Shown: piece after piece, positions 36,246 through 48,800 of the stretch
Layout of the letters: the number at the start of each line of letters is the position of its first letter
How positions within the stretch are numbered: position 1 is the stretch's first letter
NCBI RefSeq assembly: GCF_964188315.1
Contig: NC_135667.1
Location: forward strand, 7,936,001-8,000,000
DNA: 64,000 nt
Direction: 5' to 3'
Source: Podarcis muralis
Lineage: Eukaryota
Program-made: the position numbers and the translations under genes
Notes under the pieces: generated by a model
Seen by the model: only the letters and a program-made list of their open reading frames with translations
Database searches by the model: none
What the model was told of the DNA's origin: nothing

Positions 36246-36339
36246 CAAAACAAAAAAAATTCCTTCCAGTAGCACCTTAAAGACCAACTAAGTTAGTTCT
36301 TGGTATGAGCTTTCATGTGCATGCACACTTCTTCAGATA
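36246..36339. mobile_element. Short Penelope-like insertion upstream of V2R2
   Basis: tagcaccttaaagaccaac...gagctttc...cacttcttcagata. 11-bp direct repeat gcaagcctcct at 36235-36245 and 36340-36350. Empty site in the V2R4 paralogue (about 56155). Family by recollection. Confidence 0.6.
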
Positions 36340-36584
36340 GCAAGCCTCCTGTCACTGATGAGTGACAAGATGCAGGTAAGGTTCTGCCAGTTTGAGCTGC
36401 GATGTGTGGTGCCATTTTGTAGAGCAAACTTCAGAGTCTGTATTGGTTGTCTCTACTAGCCTGCTGAGGCAGGCACTCGAATTCTGCTGATGCTAAAGAT
36501 AAGTGTGTTGTTTTCCTTTATTGGCAGAGTCAGGCACCACCCAAAGTAAGGCATTAATGTAAGGCTGGATGCTGGAGCAAGAGA

Positions 36585-39459
36585 ATGCTAGAGAGGGTGT
36601 TTGCTGTAAAGATGGTGGGTCTACATGTGTTGTTGCTGCTGCTTCAGCCTCTCAAACAATGTAAAGCAGATACAAGAAAGTGCCACATGAATGATCCCCT
36701 CCCTGTTCCACATGAGTGGTACCAGCCCGGGAGCCTCATCATTGGTGGGATAACTTCTCACATCTCTTACCATTTCCATGAACTACTCTTCAATATACTT
36801 CCTAATCATGAGCTGTTCGAGGTTCCAAAGTAAGAATTCACCTCCCCCCTTAATCTGCTTCATCGGAGCTTGTTGCTCATACAAGTGATAGGATTTGATC
36901 TGATTTTGCTTTTACTTTTATATACCATCTTCCTATGGTACAAGCTGGGAAAAAACAAAATATAGAAGGAAAGTCGCACACCTCATAACAATCTGATCCA
37001 AAACAAATTAGTGATAGAAAAGATCACTTTAAAGTAAAGTTATATCAAATAAAGTAATATTCAACGATCCATACGGAATATGATAGTACATAATAAAACA
37101 AACTTTCCAAATATCAGTAAATAATAGTTTCATAGAAATCCACTCTCAATAAATACAATAAATCATTACAAAACCTGTTATCAATTTTTTTAAAAAAGAA
37201 ATGCACAAAATACTGCAATAAAAAGATCAGCTTTGGGTACATGGTCATGTATGTATGTATTTCTTCTTTTTAGGCTCCTTAGAGAGAGAGAGGAAAAGCA
37301 ATGTATTACAATGATGTGTGCTTCAAACAACGGCTTCTTCAGAACTATATCCAGTGCTATTTTTCCTAGTAAAAGAGGTGCCAGAACTCACATTGAACAC
37401 CTACCTAAGAGGTGCTGGAACTGAGTTCTGGTTGAAAAAATGTCCCCAGGATTAAATTTCTGAAGGAAACTCCTGGACTGGAAAGCTTAGGACTCACTGT
37501 TGGTTCAAGGCAGGAAAACCTTTGTCAGTGTTATGATGCTTTACATATGTTATTTTGTCTGTAAAGGAAGAGTTTTACTATCTCAGGAACAGCAGTAACA
37601 GGGTACTTTCAGTAGCTATGCGGTATCATCATAATCACCATGACTGATGTCCCAGAGGCAAGCAATTTGGTTATAGACAGGATGGAGCAGAATTGTTCTA
37701 AAGAGTTTGGCTGCCTTAAGTGCTTCTTTGCTGAAAGAGCACTCAATCTCTCTCTGCAGTGTGGTGCTAAAATTCTACCAGCACATCCTGGCCTTGGTGT
37801 TTGCCGTAAATGAGATCAACGAGAATCCCAGCATCTTGCCCAATGTCACCCTTGGGTTCCACATCTATGACAGCTACTACGACACAAGGATGACTTATCG
37901 GACCACTATGGGTCTGCTCTTCAAATTCAGAAGATTTGTCCCCAGTTACAAATGCAACACCCAGAAAAACCTCATAGCTGTCATTGGGGGACTTGGTTCT
38001 GATGTCTCCTTCCATATGGCAGAACTCTTAAGCCTATACAAGTATCCACAGGTAGGATTTATCCATGGATGAAGGGGGGGTAGTCACTAAGTTCATTCTT
38101 CTCCTGGAATGCTGAGAGTAATTTTGAGGGTCAGAATAAGCAAAGGAATGGATGAGAGAAAATCAAAATCTTCCCTAATGCTTAAGTTCCCCTGAAGCTT
38201 AGTGGTGCCATTTCCCAAGTGTGTAGCAGCTGCAATATCCTTAAAAAAAAGAAAGAAAAAGAAAGAAATGGAAATGAACTGTGACTTCATTTTAAAATGA
38301 ACTATGACTTCATTTTAAATGAGAGGTGCTAGTCTTCAGAACACCTCCTTTACCAGTTACTAAATGTCACATTTCCCAAGTCTACATTTCAGAGACCTTT
38401 AATACAATTTTGGCCTGCTCCCAAAATTGTGAAGGAGTTTTTCCACAGCTCTGATAAATATTCCTGTTTTGCACAGGGTGACAGGCTCAGATGCTCCTCT
38501 TAAAATATTTCTGTTTTTCCCTTCAGCTCACATACGGTTCATTCACCTCAGAGCAGAGTCATACAACACAGTTGCCTTCCTTTTACCACATGGTCCCAAG
38601 TGAAGCGAACCAGTACATTGGGATCATTAGCTTGCTGAAGCATTTTGGTTGGACCTGGATTGGGCTCTTTGCTGTGGACAATGACAGTGGAGAACATTTC
38701 ACACAGGTCCTGGAGCCATTGCTTTTTCAGAATGGAATCTGTTCAGCCTTCACACAAATGATTCCAAAACAAAACAATGCACTGAATCTCAATGCAGTTA
38801 ACATATTAGCCTCTCTTATTTATCTAGCTTTCTCAGAGAGCAAAGCCACTACCTTTGTCATCTATGGAGATTCTACGACCATTCTATGGGTGAATACATA
38901 TGTGCTCATAGGAGTTCCTAGCTACAATGAAAGAACATCACTTGGAAAGGTGTGGGTTATGACAGCCCAGCTGGATTTTACATTAACAGGCCTTCAGAAT
39001 GGATGGGATTTTCAATTGTTTGAAGGTGCCCTGTCCTTTACAATTCACTCTGACGAGATTCAAGGATTCAAGGAATTTCTTCAGATCGCAAAACCTGGCT
39101 GGAATCAAGAAGATGGCTTTCTCAAGGACTTCTGGGAGCAAGCATTTGACTGTTCATTTCCAGACCCCCAGAATCTGATAGAGGTTGATGGAACTTGTAC
39201 TGGAGAGGAGAGGTTGGAGAATCTTCCTGCATCTATATTTGAAATGTATATGACTGGCCACAGCTACAGTATCTATAATGCCGTCTATGCTGTGGCACAT
39301 GCTTTGCATGCCATAGGGTCCTCTAGATACAAACACAGTCCAATAATGAGTGGCAAAAGTCTTCAAGATCTCCAGCCCTGGAAGGTAGTGTATTCATAAT
39401 GAAATAATCTCATTTACATAAAGAGAATATAAAAAATAATGCATCTTCCAACTTTATTC

Positions 39460-39510
<51 letters not shown>

Positions 39511-42500
39511 TACTATTATTCAAATTAAACTATAACAACCATGGCATACTGGTTCTCTTGCCTTAAATATAAACTACATTTTTAGGCAGATTTTTTGTAG
39601 GATGAAACTACATAAGCAATGTTGTCAACAAATTTTTAAAGTATATTTACTCCAATAGGTTTTGATCCCATTCCTAACCACCCTTGCTCTTTTTTCCACT
39701 AGCTGCACCCATTTCTTGAAGGCATTTTGTTTAATAACTCAGTTGGAGAAGCAATCTTTTTTCAAGATAACAGGGAGAGGAGAGGTGGATTTGACATAAT
39801 GAACATGGTCACTTTCCCAAACAAATCCTTCCAGAGAGTCAAAGTTGGAAGGGTGGATGCCAAGTTTCAGGAAGGAAAAGAGTTCATCATTGATACAGAC
39901 ATGATTGTGTGGCACAGGAGTTTTAAACAGGTTTGGATTCTTGATAAGCTTCCCGTTTATGCCTTCTGCCATGTTGGTTGGAGATACAAAATGATTCTTG
40001 TCTCCCAAAGGATTGGTGTTCGTAACATAGATCAGATGGATAATGAATGTCAATATGTACTGGAACGTCCCTTAGGAAAATGTTGTCTAAATTTACAGCT
40101 TCTTCTGAGAAAGAATTCATCTTTGCTGTTGTTGTAGTTGGGAGGTTATCAATCTTTGGTAACCAAGCCACAGTTATACATTATGACCACAATTAGACCA
40201 CTTTAATCAAAATGCCCCCCCCCCCTCAAATTCCTAAGAACTGAAGTTTGTTAAGGGTGCTGAGAGTTGTTAGGAGAACCTTATTACACTATTCTCAGAA
40301 GTGTGGTTCTAAACAATAGACTGCAAAAATAATGCATTATAGTGGTACCTCAGGTTAAAAACCTAATTCATTCTGGAGGTCCGTTCTTAACCTGAAACTG
40401 TTCTTAACCTGAGGTACCACTTTAGCTAACGGGACCTCCCACTGCTACTGCAACGCCGGAGCACAATTTCTGTTCTCATCCTAAAGTAAACTTCTTAACC
40501 CAAGGTACTATTTCTGGGTTAGTGGAGTCTGTAACCTGAAGTGTCTGTAACCCGAGGTACCACTGTATATGCTCAGGACTGTTTGGCACATTGTGGCATG
40601 CTTATATTGCATGTACCCTGTTCTGAATTCTTCCACGTTTATCATGTGCTTACGGAGTAAACAGAGAGATTGTCAATTTCTCCCATTCTACTAATCATTT
40701 ATTCCCCTTTATGGGCAGGTGATGCCTGTCTCTGTGTGCAGTGACTCCTGCCGTCCTGGTTATCAGAAGAAAAAGAAGGAAGCAGTGAAGTTTTGCTGCT
40801 ACAGTTGCGCCCTGTGTCCAGAAGGAAAGATTTCCACCCAGAAGGGTAGGTCTCAATGTCTTTGTCTTCTGGATGCTTTCAGTTAATATGTTTGGTTATG
40901 AGAGGGAATTAATCAAGTTTTGGTGGCACCATAGGTTCAGATTCTACACAGAGAGTAAGGGCAGCTTAGTCCATTTTGAGTAGGCCACAAACCTCAGTAC
41001 TGTCCAAGTTACTCCCTCTTGTTAACCTATTTTACCCAATGAGGATTTGTTTATTTATTAATTTCACTTTCTTTCATTCTTCTTTTCATTTATTTTATGT
41101 TCTCAAAGAGGTTTCCATAAAAAAACCTATGAACAGAAACTCACAAAGACCAGATGAAAAGGCAGCTGCAATCAAATAAAACAAATGATAGCCTTCAACA
41201 GTGTGATGATGTACCTATCTGTGCCTCCAAGGGGAGAGAGCACCAAAACTGGGGTACCACCACTAACAAAGCCCTGTGCAAGGACCTCACACATACTACT
41301 CAGTTTGACCTCACACAGCCCTCCCCACTGATCTCAGGGCTCAGGCTGGTTGATACGGGGAAAATGGTTCCGAAAAGAAATTGCTTACTGTAGGGACAAG
41401 GCAGAAATGGTTCCAAGCACAGTGTTTGCATGCTGAAAGATGTCTCCCGCCCCTAGTTGCACAGGAGATATCTCTACATATACCTGCCACAGTCTCTTAT
41501 GTCACCTGAAAATTGGAATTTCCATAGTAGTAACATACACAGTAACTGATTAGGTGTTATGCCAATGTCACACACTGTACAAAATCATAAAATAATATGA
41601 CAAATAGTAGTGAAATTTTTGTATTATTTTATTTTGTTGACTAGTTCTTTATTTTAAAAATAAATACTGTGTTATAGTACAGGCGGAAAGGGCAGAACGG
41701 GAGCAGACTGTGGGGTGGAAGGGGGCAGGGCACGCTTATGTACACTCTGCCAACGTGTGCAGGGGTGGTGAATGGAAATGGTGCGAAATGGTTGCTGCAT
41801 GTATTTAATGTAAACCATTTGGAATTTTTTTTAAAAAAAATAAGTGGACTACACATTTCATGTGCAAAATTAGCATTGTGATGATTGCTCTTTATTGTTA
41901 CAGACATGGATGACTGTTCCAAATGCCCAGGTGATCAGTATGCAAGCAAGGACAGAGATCAGTGCATCCCCAAACTGACAGTCTTTATGTCTTATGAAGA
42001 ACCCCTAGGGATCAGTTTAGCCTTGGTTGCTATTTCTTTTTCCTTCATCACAGTCGTGGTGTTAGGAACTTTTATTAAGCACAAAGACACTCCCATAGTC
42101 AAAGCCAACAACCGGGACATCACCTACACTCTCCTGGTCTCCCTTCTGCTCTGCTTCCTCTCATCTTTACTTTTTATAGGAAGACCTCAGAAGTTGACTT
42201 GTTACCTCCGACAAACTTCCTTTGGAATCATCTTCTCTGTAGCAGTTTCATGTGTATTGGCAAAAACCATCACTGTGGTTGTAGCTTTCATGGCCACCAA
42301 ACCAGGGTCCAGCATGAGGAGGTGGGTGGGGAAAATATTGGCCAACTGCATTGTCCTTTTCTGCTCTTGGATTCAAGCAGGCATCTGTGTAGTGTGGCTA
42401 GCCACTTCTCCCCCATTCCCCAATTTGGACATGCAGTCAGTACCTACACAGATCATATTGGAATGTAATGAAGGGTCTGTCACCATGTTTTATCTTGTTC

Positions 42501-42811
42501 TGAGCTACATGGGGCTTCTGGCCATCATCAGCTTCACTGTGGCTTTCCTGGCAAGGAAGTTGCCAGACAGTTTCAATGAAACCAAGTTTATCACCTTCAG
42601 CATGTTGGTGTTTTGCAGTGTTTGGTTGTCATTTGTTCCAACCTACCTGAGCACCAAGGGGAAATATATGGTGGCTGTGGAAATCTTCTCCATCTTGGCC
42701 TCCACTGCTGGGTTATTGGGCTGCATCTTTGCCCCTATATGCTTCATCATTGTCCTGAGACCTGACTTGAACAACAGAAAGCAACTAATAAGGAAAAAGC
42801 TCAGCTTTTAA
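36585..42811 (+). CDS. V2R gene 2, open reading frame intact, 885 aa
   Basis: Exons 36585-36829, 37760-38051 (292), 38527-39384 (858), 39703-39930 (228), 40719-40845 (127), 41904-42811 (908). GT-AG, total 2658 nt, phases 2/0/0/0/1. Confidence 0.93.
39460..39510 (+). repeat. (AAT)17 microsatellite in V2R2 intron 3
   Basis: Direct reading. Confidence 0.95.
40340..40565. mobile_element. Tigger-like MITE in V2R2 intron 4
   Basis: TIRs (t)agtggtacctc...gaggtaccactg with TA duplication. Empty site atgcattatatgctc in V2R4 at about 62991-63005. Confidence 0.88.
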
Positions 42812-43961
42812 TCAACTCCATCTGATATCATAGAATTAAAGAATATTACATTCCTGTTTTGTGTATATGTTATGTGAGCAGAGTTTGTGGCCTACTCAGG
42901 CTGGGACTCAGCTTTCAATATATGTCTATTAAATTATTTGTATTTATGTGTTACATTAACAAATAGAACCAGAATATGATATATTCACATGAATAAAAAT
43001 GAAGAAATAAACCTTTAAAACTTTCATGGGATGTTATTTCATACAGCATAATTATTTACTCAAATAGGGAAGAAAGTACATTAAACTGAGATTTGACAAA
43101 AGAAGAAAGAATTGGAACAATCTGCAGCTAAGAAATATTAGAAATATGAGCAAGCCAGGGCTGAACTGGCTGAACCTTGCTGGTACCTTTCCAGGGAAAA
43201 TCAGAGGCTCACTATGTCAGGTTCCTATTGGAAGACCGGACAAATGCTAGAACATTAGCAGTGGCAAAGTTTTTATTGGTGGTTGCAAGAACAAATGATC
43301 CCTATATTCTGAACAAAATGCTTGTTTAACCTGGAGGTAGGCTGTATGAATTGTGTATTGTGTACTGCTTTGTAATGATTTGCTGGGTCTCTGAACCGTA
43401 ATAAAGATTGATGATGAATATTACTTGGCAAATTGAGATCCTTCAGATCTATGTTAACAATCCAACTGATACAAATGAAATTGAATTATGGTAAAGAAAC
43501 AACTTTTGAATTTGCCAGGGATATTCAATGACTGGGGAAATGATCATCATATAAGCTGCGGAAGGAGAAAGAGATATTTTAGTTGCAAGAAGAAATGCTG
43601 TAATAAGAGATAAGTGTGCATAGTATGTTTATATTAGTAAAAATAATATGCAAAAATGCATTATATTACAGAATACTGCTTGCAAAAATGTGTTCATTAG
43701 TCAAAACTGCATATCAAAATTTATGTATTAGGAGAAATTTGCACTAAAATGCTGGTTAATTTTCATAAGGATTTTTCCTTTTTTAAAAATCTGCATATTG
43801 CTGGGGAAATGTGGTGAACTGATTTTAAGATTGTAAAAATGAGAAACAGAGACCAGCAAAATTAAAAGATCCATCCACCCATAATATAGGCCTTAATTTT
43901 AAGTATTTTAGGGACAAGAGGATCTAGGAAAGAGAATAACTGGAGAACAGGCAACTGAAAA

Positions 43962-44778
43962 GAGGCGGTTGGAGGATGGATGGTGGCTAACGGATTGAGG
44001 TTGAATCCTGACAAGACAGAAGTACTGTTCTTGGGGGACAAGGGGCGGGTGGGTGTGGGGGACTCTCTGGTCCTAAATGGGGCAACTGTGCCCCTGAAGG
44101 AGCAGATGCGCAGCCTGGGAGTAATTTTGGACTCACAGCTGTCCATGGAGGTGCAGGTTAATTCTGTGTCCAGGACAGCTGTCTATCAGCTCCATCTGGT
44201 AAACAGGCTGAGACTCTACCTGCCCACGGACTGTCTCACCAGAGTGGTGCACGCTCTAGTTATCTCCCATTTGGACTACTGCAATGCACTCTACGTGGTG
44301 CTACCTTTGAAGGTGACCCGGAAACTACAACTAATCCAGAATGTTGCAGCCAGACTGGTAGCAGTCGCCAAGACCACACAACACGAGTCTTGAAAGATCT
44401 ACAAAGGCTCCCAGTACGTTTCCGAGCACCATTTAAAGCCCCAAATGGCCTCAGCCCAGTGTACCTGAAGGAGCGTCTCCACCCCCGTCGCTCTGCCCAG
44501 ACAGTGAAATCCAGTGCCGAGGGCCTTCTGGCGGTTCCCTAACTGCGAGAAGCCAAGTTACAGGGAACCAGGCAGAGGGCCGTTTCGGTAGTAGTGCCCA
44601 CCCTTTGGAATGCCCTCCCATCAGATGTCAAAGAGATAAACAACTATCTGACGTTTAGAAGACATCTGAAGGCAGCCCTGTTTAGGGAAGTTTTTAATGA
44701 CTGATGTTTTATTGTATTTTTAATCTTTGTTGGAAGCCGCCCAGAGTGGCTGGGGAAACCCAGCCAGATGGGCGGGGT

Positions 44779-44823
<45 letters not shown>
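43962..44823 (+). mobile_element. L2-clade LINE 3' fragment with (TAA)n tail
   Basis: LRLNPDKTEVL...RSLGVILDSQLSM...HALVISHLDYCNALY...KLQLIQNVAARL (RT C-terminus), ending in an AAT repeat at about 44780-44823. Confidence 0.85.
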
Positions 44824-44824
<1 letters not shown>

Positions 44825-45880
44825 TAAGCAAAAACTACTAATGACTCATGCAAATGAGCCAGATCTGTCACCACTGAAGCAGAGCCAATTTTTCTTTTTT
44901 AAAGTTTATCATTTTCTTAATAAACATAGTAATAAAAAGGAAACTCCTTCTCACCCCCAACCCAAGCACAGTTGCAATCCCATTCAAATACAAATATATC
45001 TCCTTCAGATGATTTGTTTTATTTATTAAATTTGCACACCACTCTTCATCTGTAGATCTCAACATAAAATACAAAATAAAATACAAAATACATGACAAAA
45101 GTAAGAACAAAAACAGAAAAACAATAAACCCTTTACTCATCCCTTCCCATTTCCATCTGTTACTGAAAATTGCTGGTGGTCTATAGCCATGTTCAGTGTA
45201 GTTGCATAGGACATGAACTAAGCAATGTTGTCTAAAACTCGTCTGGTTTTTTTGTCTGTTGTTTCTTCAGTCTCAAACTTAATCAGTTTCCCCCCATTAA
45301 CATCAAGTCCCACACCTTCATAAGTCATGTTTCAACCAAACTTCCTTGTTGACATTTGTTCCCTACAGGGACAGCTGTTAACCATCTGCTACTTAGTTCA
45401 CCACAAGCAGCAGAGAAGAGTGGGAGCTGGGAGCAAAACCCCCTAAACAGGGTGGTTGTGTTGGGGAAAAACCTGATGAACTAATTATTCCCCACTGGAA
45501 TTGACAAAATCACTATAATTTGTTCACATAACCCAAACGCCAAAGGCTTTCTAGAAAGCAATAGAAAACTATCAATGCAGAAGTCCGAAAGTGAACATAA
45601 ATAAACCCATTTGCCATGGACAGCTGGGAGTATGGGCAAGAAGCTGACAGGGCTCTGTCAATTCCATTTCGGTCCTCATTTTCTATGTTATCTGCCAAAC
45701 TTAAAATTGAGAGCACTGGCAACTTCCATTAATACTCATAGCATGCATTTGTTGACACTAAAAGCAAGACTGATACATTTCTCTTAAGAGGTGTATTGGC
45801 AAAGTCAAGCATCATACTGTTTATACTGTTTTAAGTCAGCCAGCTGGTATGAATGGGCAAGGTAGAGAGTGGGTCTAGAG

Positions 45881-48800
45881 ATGAGCTTTGCTGCTAGGAT
45901 GCTGCTGCTGATGTTCTTCTTTCTGCTATCTGTCAAGGTGTGCAAAGTCAATACTATGAAGTGCCCCATTAGTAATCCCCTCCCTGTTCCTCATGAGTGG
46001 TACCAGCCAGGGGACTTTCTCATTGGTGGGATGGCTTCTCAGATCACTTACCCTGCCAGTGAAGCTTCCTTCACAGAACATCCTTCTGGGAGGCTATTTG
46101 ATGTTCCAGAGTAAGAAACCATTCCCTCTCCCCATGCATATTCTGAACTTTGCAAGAACAAAGACAAATAATTTTTTGTATGAGTGATGGCATGCTCAAA
46201 GAAAGTTCATGTAGGCTTATCCTACCCTATCACTTTCTGAGAACTGTGCGCATTATTAACCCCACAGTAAATATGGGGTTTATTCTCACATAATAAGAAC
46301 TCCTTTTGTTTTAGAGTATAACATCAGGTTGGGGAGAAAGACGACATTTTCTTTAATTGGATCAAATGTATCTGGAGGTACACATCTGCAAATTCATTGT
46401 AGTGCATTCACAGGGATTTTTTTAATTTAAAAAATTATGTTAGCGCTAATTAAATTAATATAAGTCCCAATTTTTGTGGGCTAGCTGGAAAGCAAGTTGA
46501 AAATGGATGTACACTTAATTCGGCCGGATTCAGAATAGAGCTCCAACTATTTAAGGAGCAATCCTATGCACAAGAGGCTGGTGTAAAGCAAAATGATGTA
46601 AATTAAGCCTGCATAAAGTTATGTTATATCCAAACCCCATTCAGTGGCTGGGCTGCTGCTCTGTCTAAGCCTGACAGAAGGAAAACAAGACTTAAAAATA
46701 GTATTCTATGTCAGAAATGATATTAGGATCCAGCACAAGCCTCTCATTTTTCATCCAGCCTCTGGAATGCCCCCTTTTGGAGATTTATACTGGCTTCTAC
46801 TCAGCTGGCTGAGCCAGAACCAGAGAGTTATTCAAATGTGTATTCAGCTGAGCTGGGACAAAGCTGGGAATCAGCTGGCTGACACTAACACCTACTGCAT
46901 CCTAAATCGCTCATGCCTGCGGATCTTGCCATAGGATTGCTGGCTTAAGTTTCATGGGGCAGAATGCACCTTGATTTATACATGGAGTGGTGGCAAGAAA
47001 TAACTGTGGGTATGTGGGTATATCTCATTTTACATGCTGCTATTCCAGTGCTTCATTAATTATCTTTGGGCTGAAGAGGAAGTATTTATTAGCACAGAAA
47101 CACCGGTTAGAAATAACAGGATTTCCAGAAGGAAGCCAAATGAGTCCGTTGCAGCAAAAGCAATAAAGGAGTTTAACCCTACACAGAGTTGGCCCATTGA
47201 AAATAATGGGCATCACTTAGATAAATTTATTCAGTGGCTCTATTCTGCATTGAACTTAACACAAGGAGTTTTGTAGCACCCTTAAAGACTAACATGTTTA
47301 TTATGACATAATAAACTTCATCAGATGTATGAAGTGTTATTTTGGTTGCAGGTACTGTGTATGTACACATGATGAGGGTAACATGAGGGCAGAAGGATAT
47401 GAGAAACAGAAAAATACAGAGGCTGATGATAAGGTTACCAACAGTGAACTTGTTGATAAAACACAGGCTGGCATTAGAATATGTGTTTTCTATATTTTTC
47501 TCCAGTCCGCAAAATTCAGTCTGCAAGTGAAAGCACTCAACTATGTAATGAAATGGAATTGCACAGTTTCTTGTTGCAGTTCACCTTTGATATTCCAGAA
47601 CAACTGCATGAATGTCAGTTACAGAACAACATTGGGGGCTAATGTCCTGTCCCTCAGTTTTGGAGGTTGTCATTTGTGATGTCAGAATGGTGTACGTTAA
47701 TTCTTTTGTGCAGAGAAATAGTAGGACCGGTTAGAGACAGAAGTTACCGCTTCAACAATTTAATGCATTGTAGAACTCTTTCCTGAAATAATAATAAGAA
47801 ATTGTTTCTATTTATAGAATGGTAACAAAATTTTACCAGCACATTCTTGCCTTGGCATTTGCTGTGAATGAGGTCAATAAAACCCCCGAGATCTTGCCCA
47901 ATGTCACTTTCGGGTTCCACATCTATGATAGCTACTATGATGCGAGGATGACCTGTCATACTACTCTGGAACTTCTCTTCAAATCACATAGATTTGTCCC
48001 CAATTACAAATGTGGTTCCCAGAAAAACCTCATAGCCATCATTGGTGGACTTGGCTCTGATACCTCCTTCCATATAGCAGACATTATAGGATTATACAAG
48101 ATTCCACAGGTAGGACTATTGCACTGGGAAGCAGACATGTTTCATTTCATCATTCTGTGAGGAATTTATTTCAAAATGAGAGAGAGGGAGAGAGAGAACT
48201 AATAGAAACCCTCCCATAAATTTCATAACACCTTGCCCAAATATCCCCCCAAATCCTACAAATTCCTTCATGTAGTTGTTTCTTTGTAAGAGTCTGCCGA
48301 ATTGTTCCGTCCAATATCTGTCCTTTTTTTCTTTTTCTTTTTAGCTCACATACGGCTCATTTTCCCCTCAGGAGATTCATAGCACTCAGATCACTTCCTT
48401 CTACTGCATGGTCCCTAATGAAACCCACCAATATGTGGGGATCATCCAGTTACTTAAGTATTTTGGTTGGATGTGGGTTGGTCTCTTTGCTTTTGATAAC
48501 ACCAGTGGAGAGCATTTCTTGCAGACCCTGGAACTTATGCTTTCACAAAATGGAATCTGTTCGGCCTTCACGAAAAGAATCCCACAACAACCCTATTTGG
48601 ATGACTTGGATGAAATTAACGATATAGCCTCAAGTATATATTTACCTTTCAGTGACAAAAAAGTCAGTGTGTTTATCATCTATGGAGAATCTTTGACAAT
48701 TGCATGGCTGAGAACTGTAATCTTTTTAAGAGATCCTGGAAACAAAGAAAATAAATCTTTTAGAAAGGTGTGGATCATGACAACCCAATTGGATTTACTA

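Larger units (their letters stand above)
34929..41990. repeat. Segmental duplication: V2R2 plus about 1.7 kb of upstream sequence is paralogous to 54639-64000 (V2R4); offset about 19.8 kb at the ATG
   Basis: Colinear upstream sequence (gactgtggtgggggcacaggg at about 34934 and 54643), near-identical exons 1, 2, 4 and 5, and alignable introns. Confidence 0.9.
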
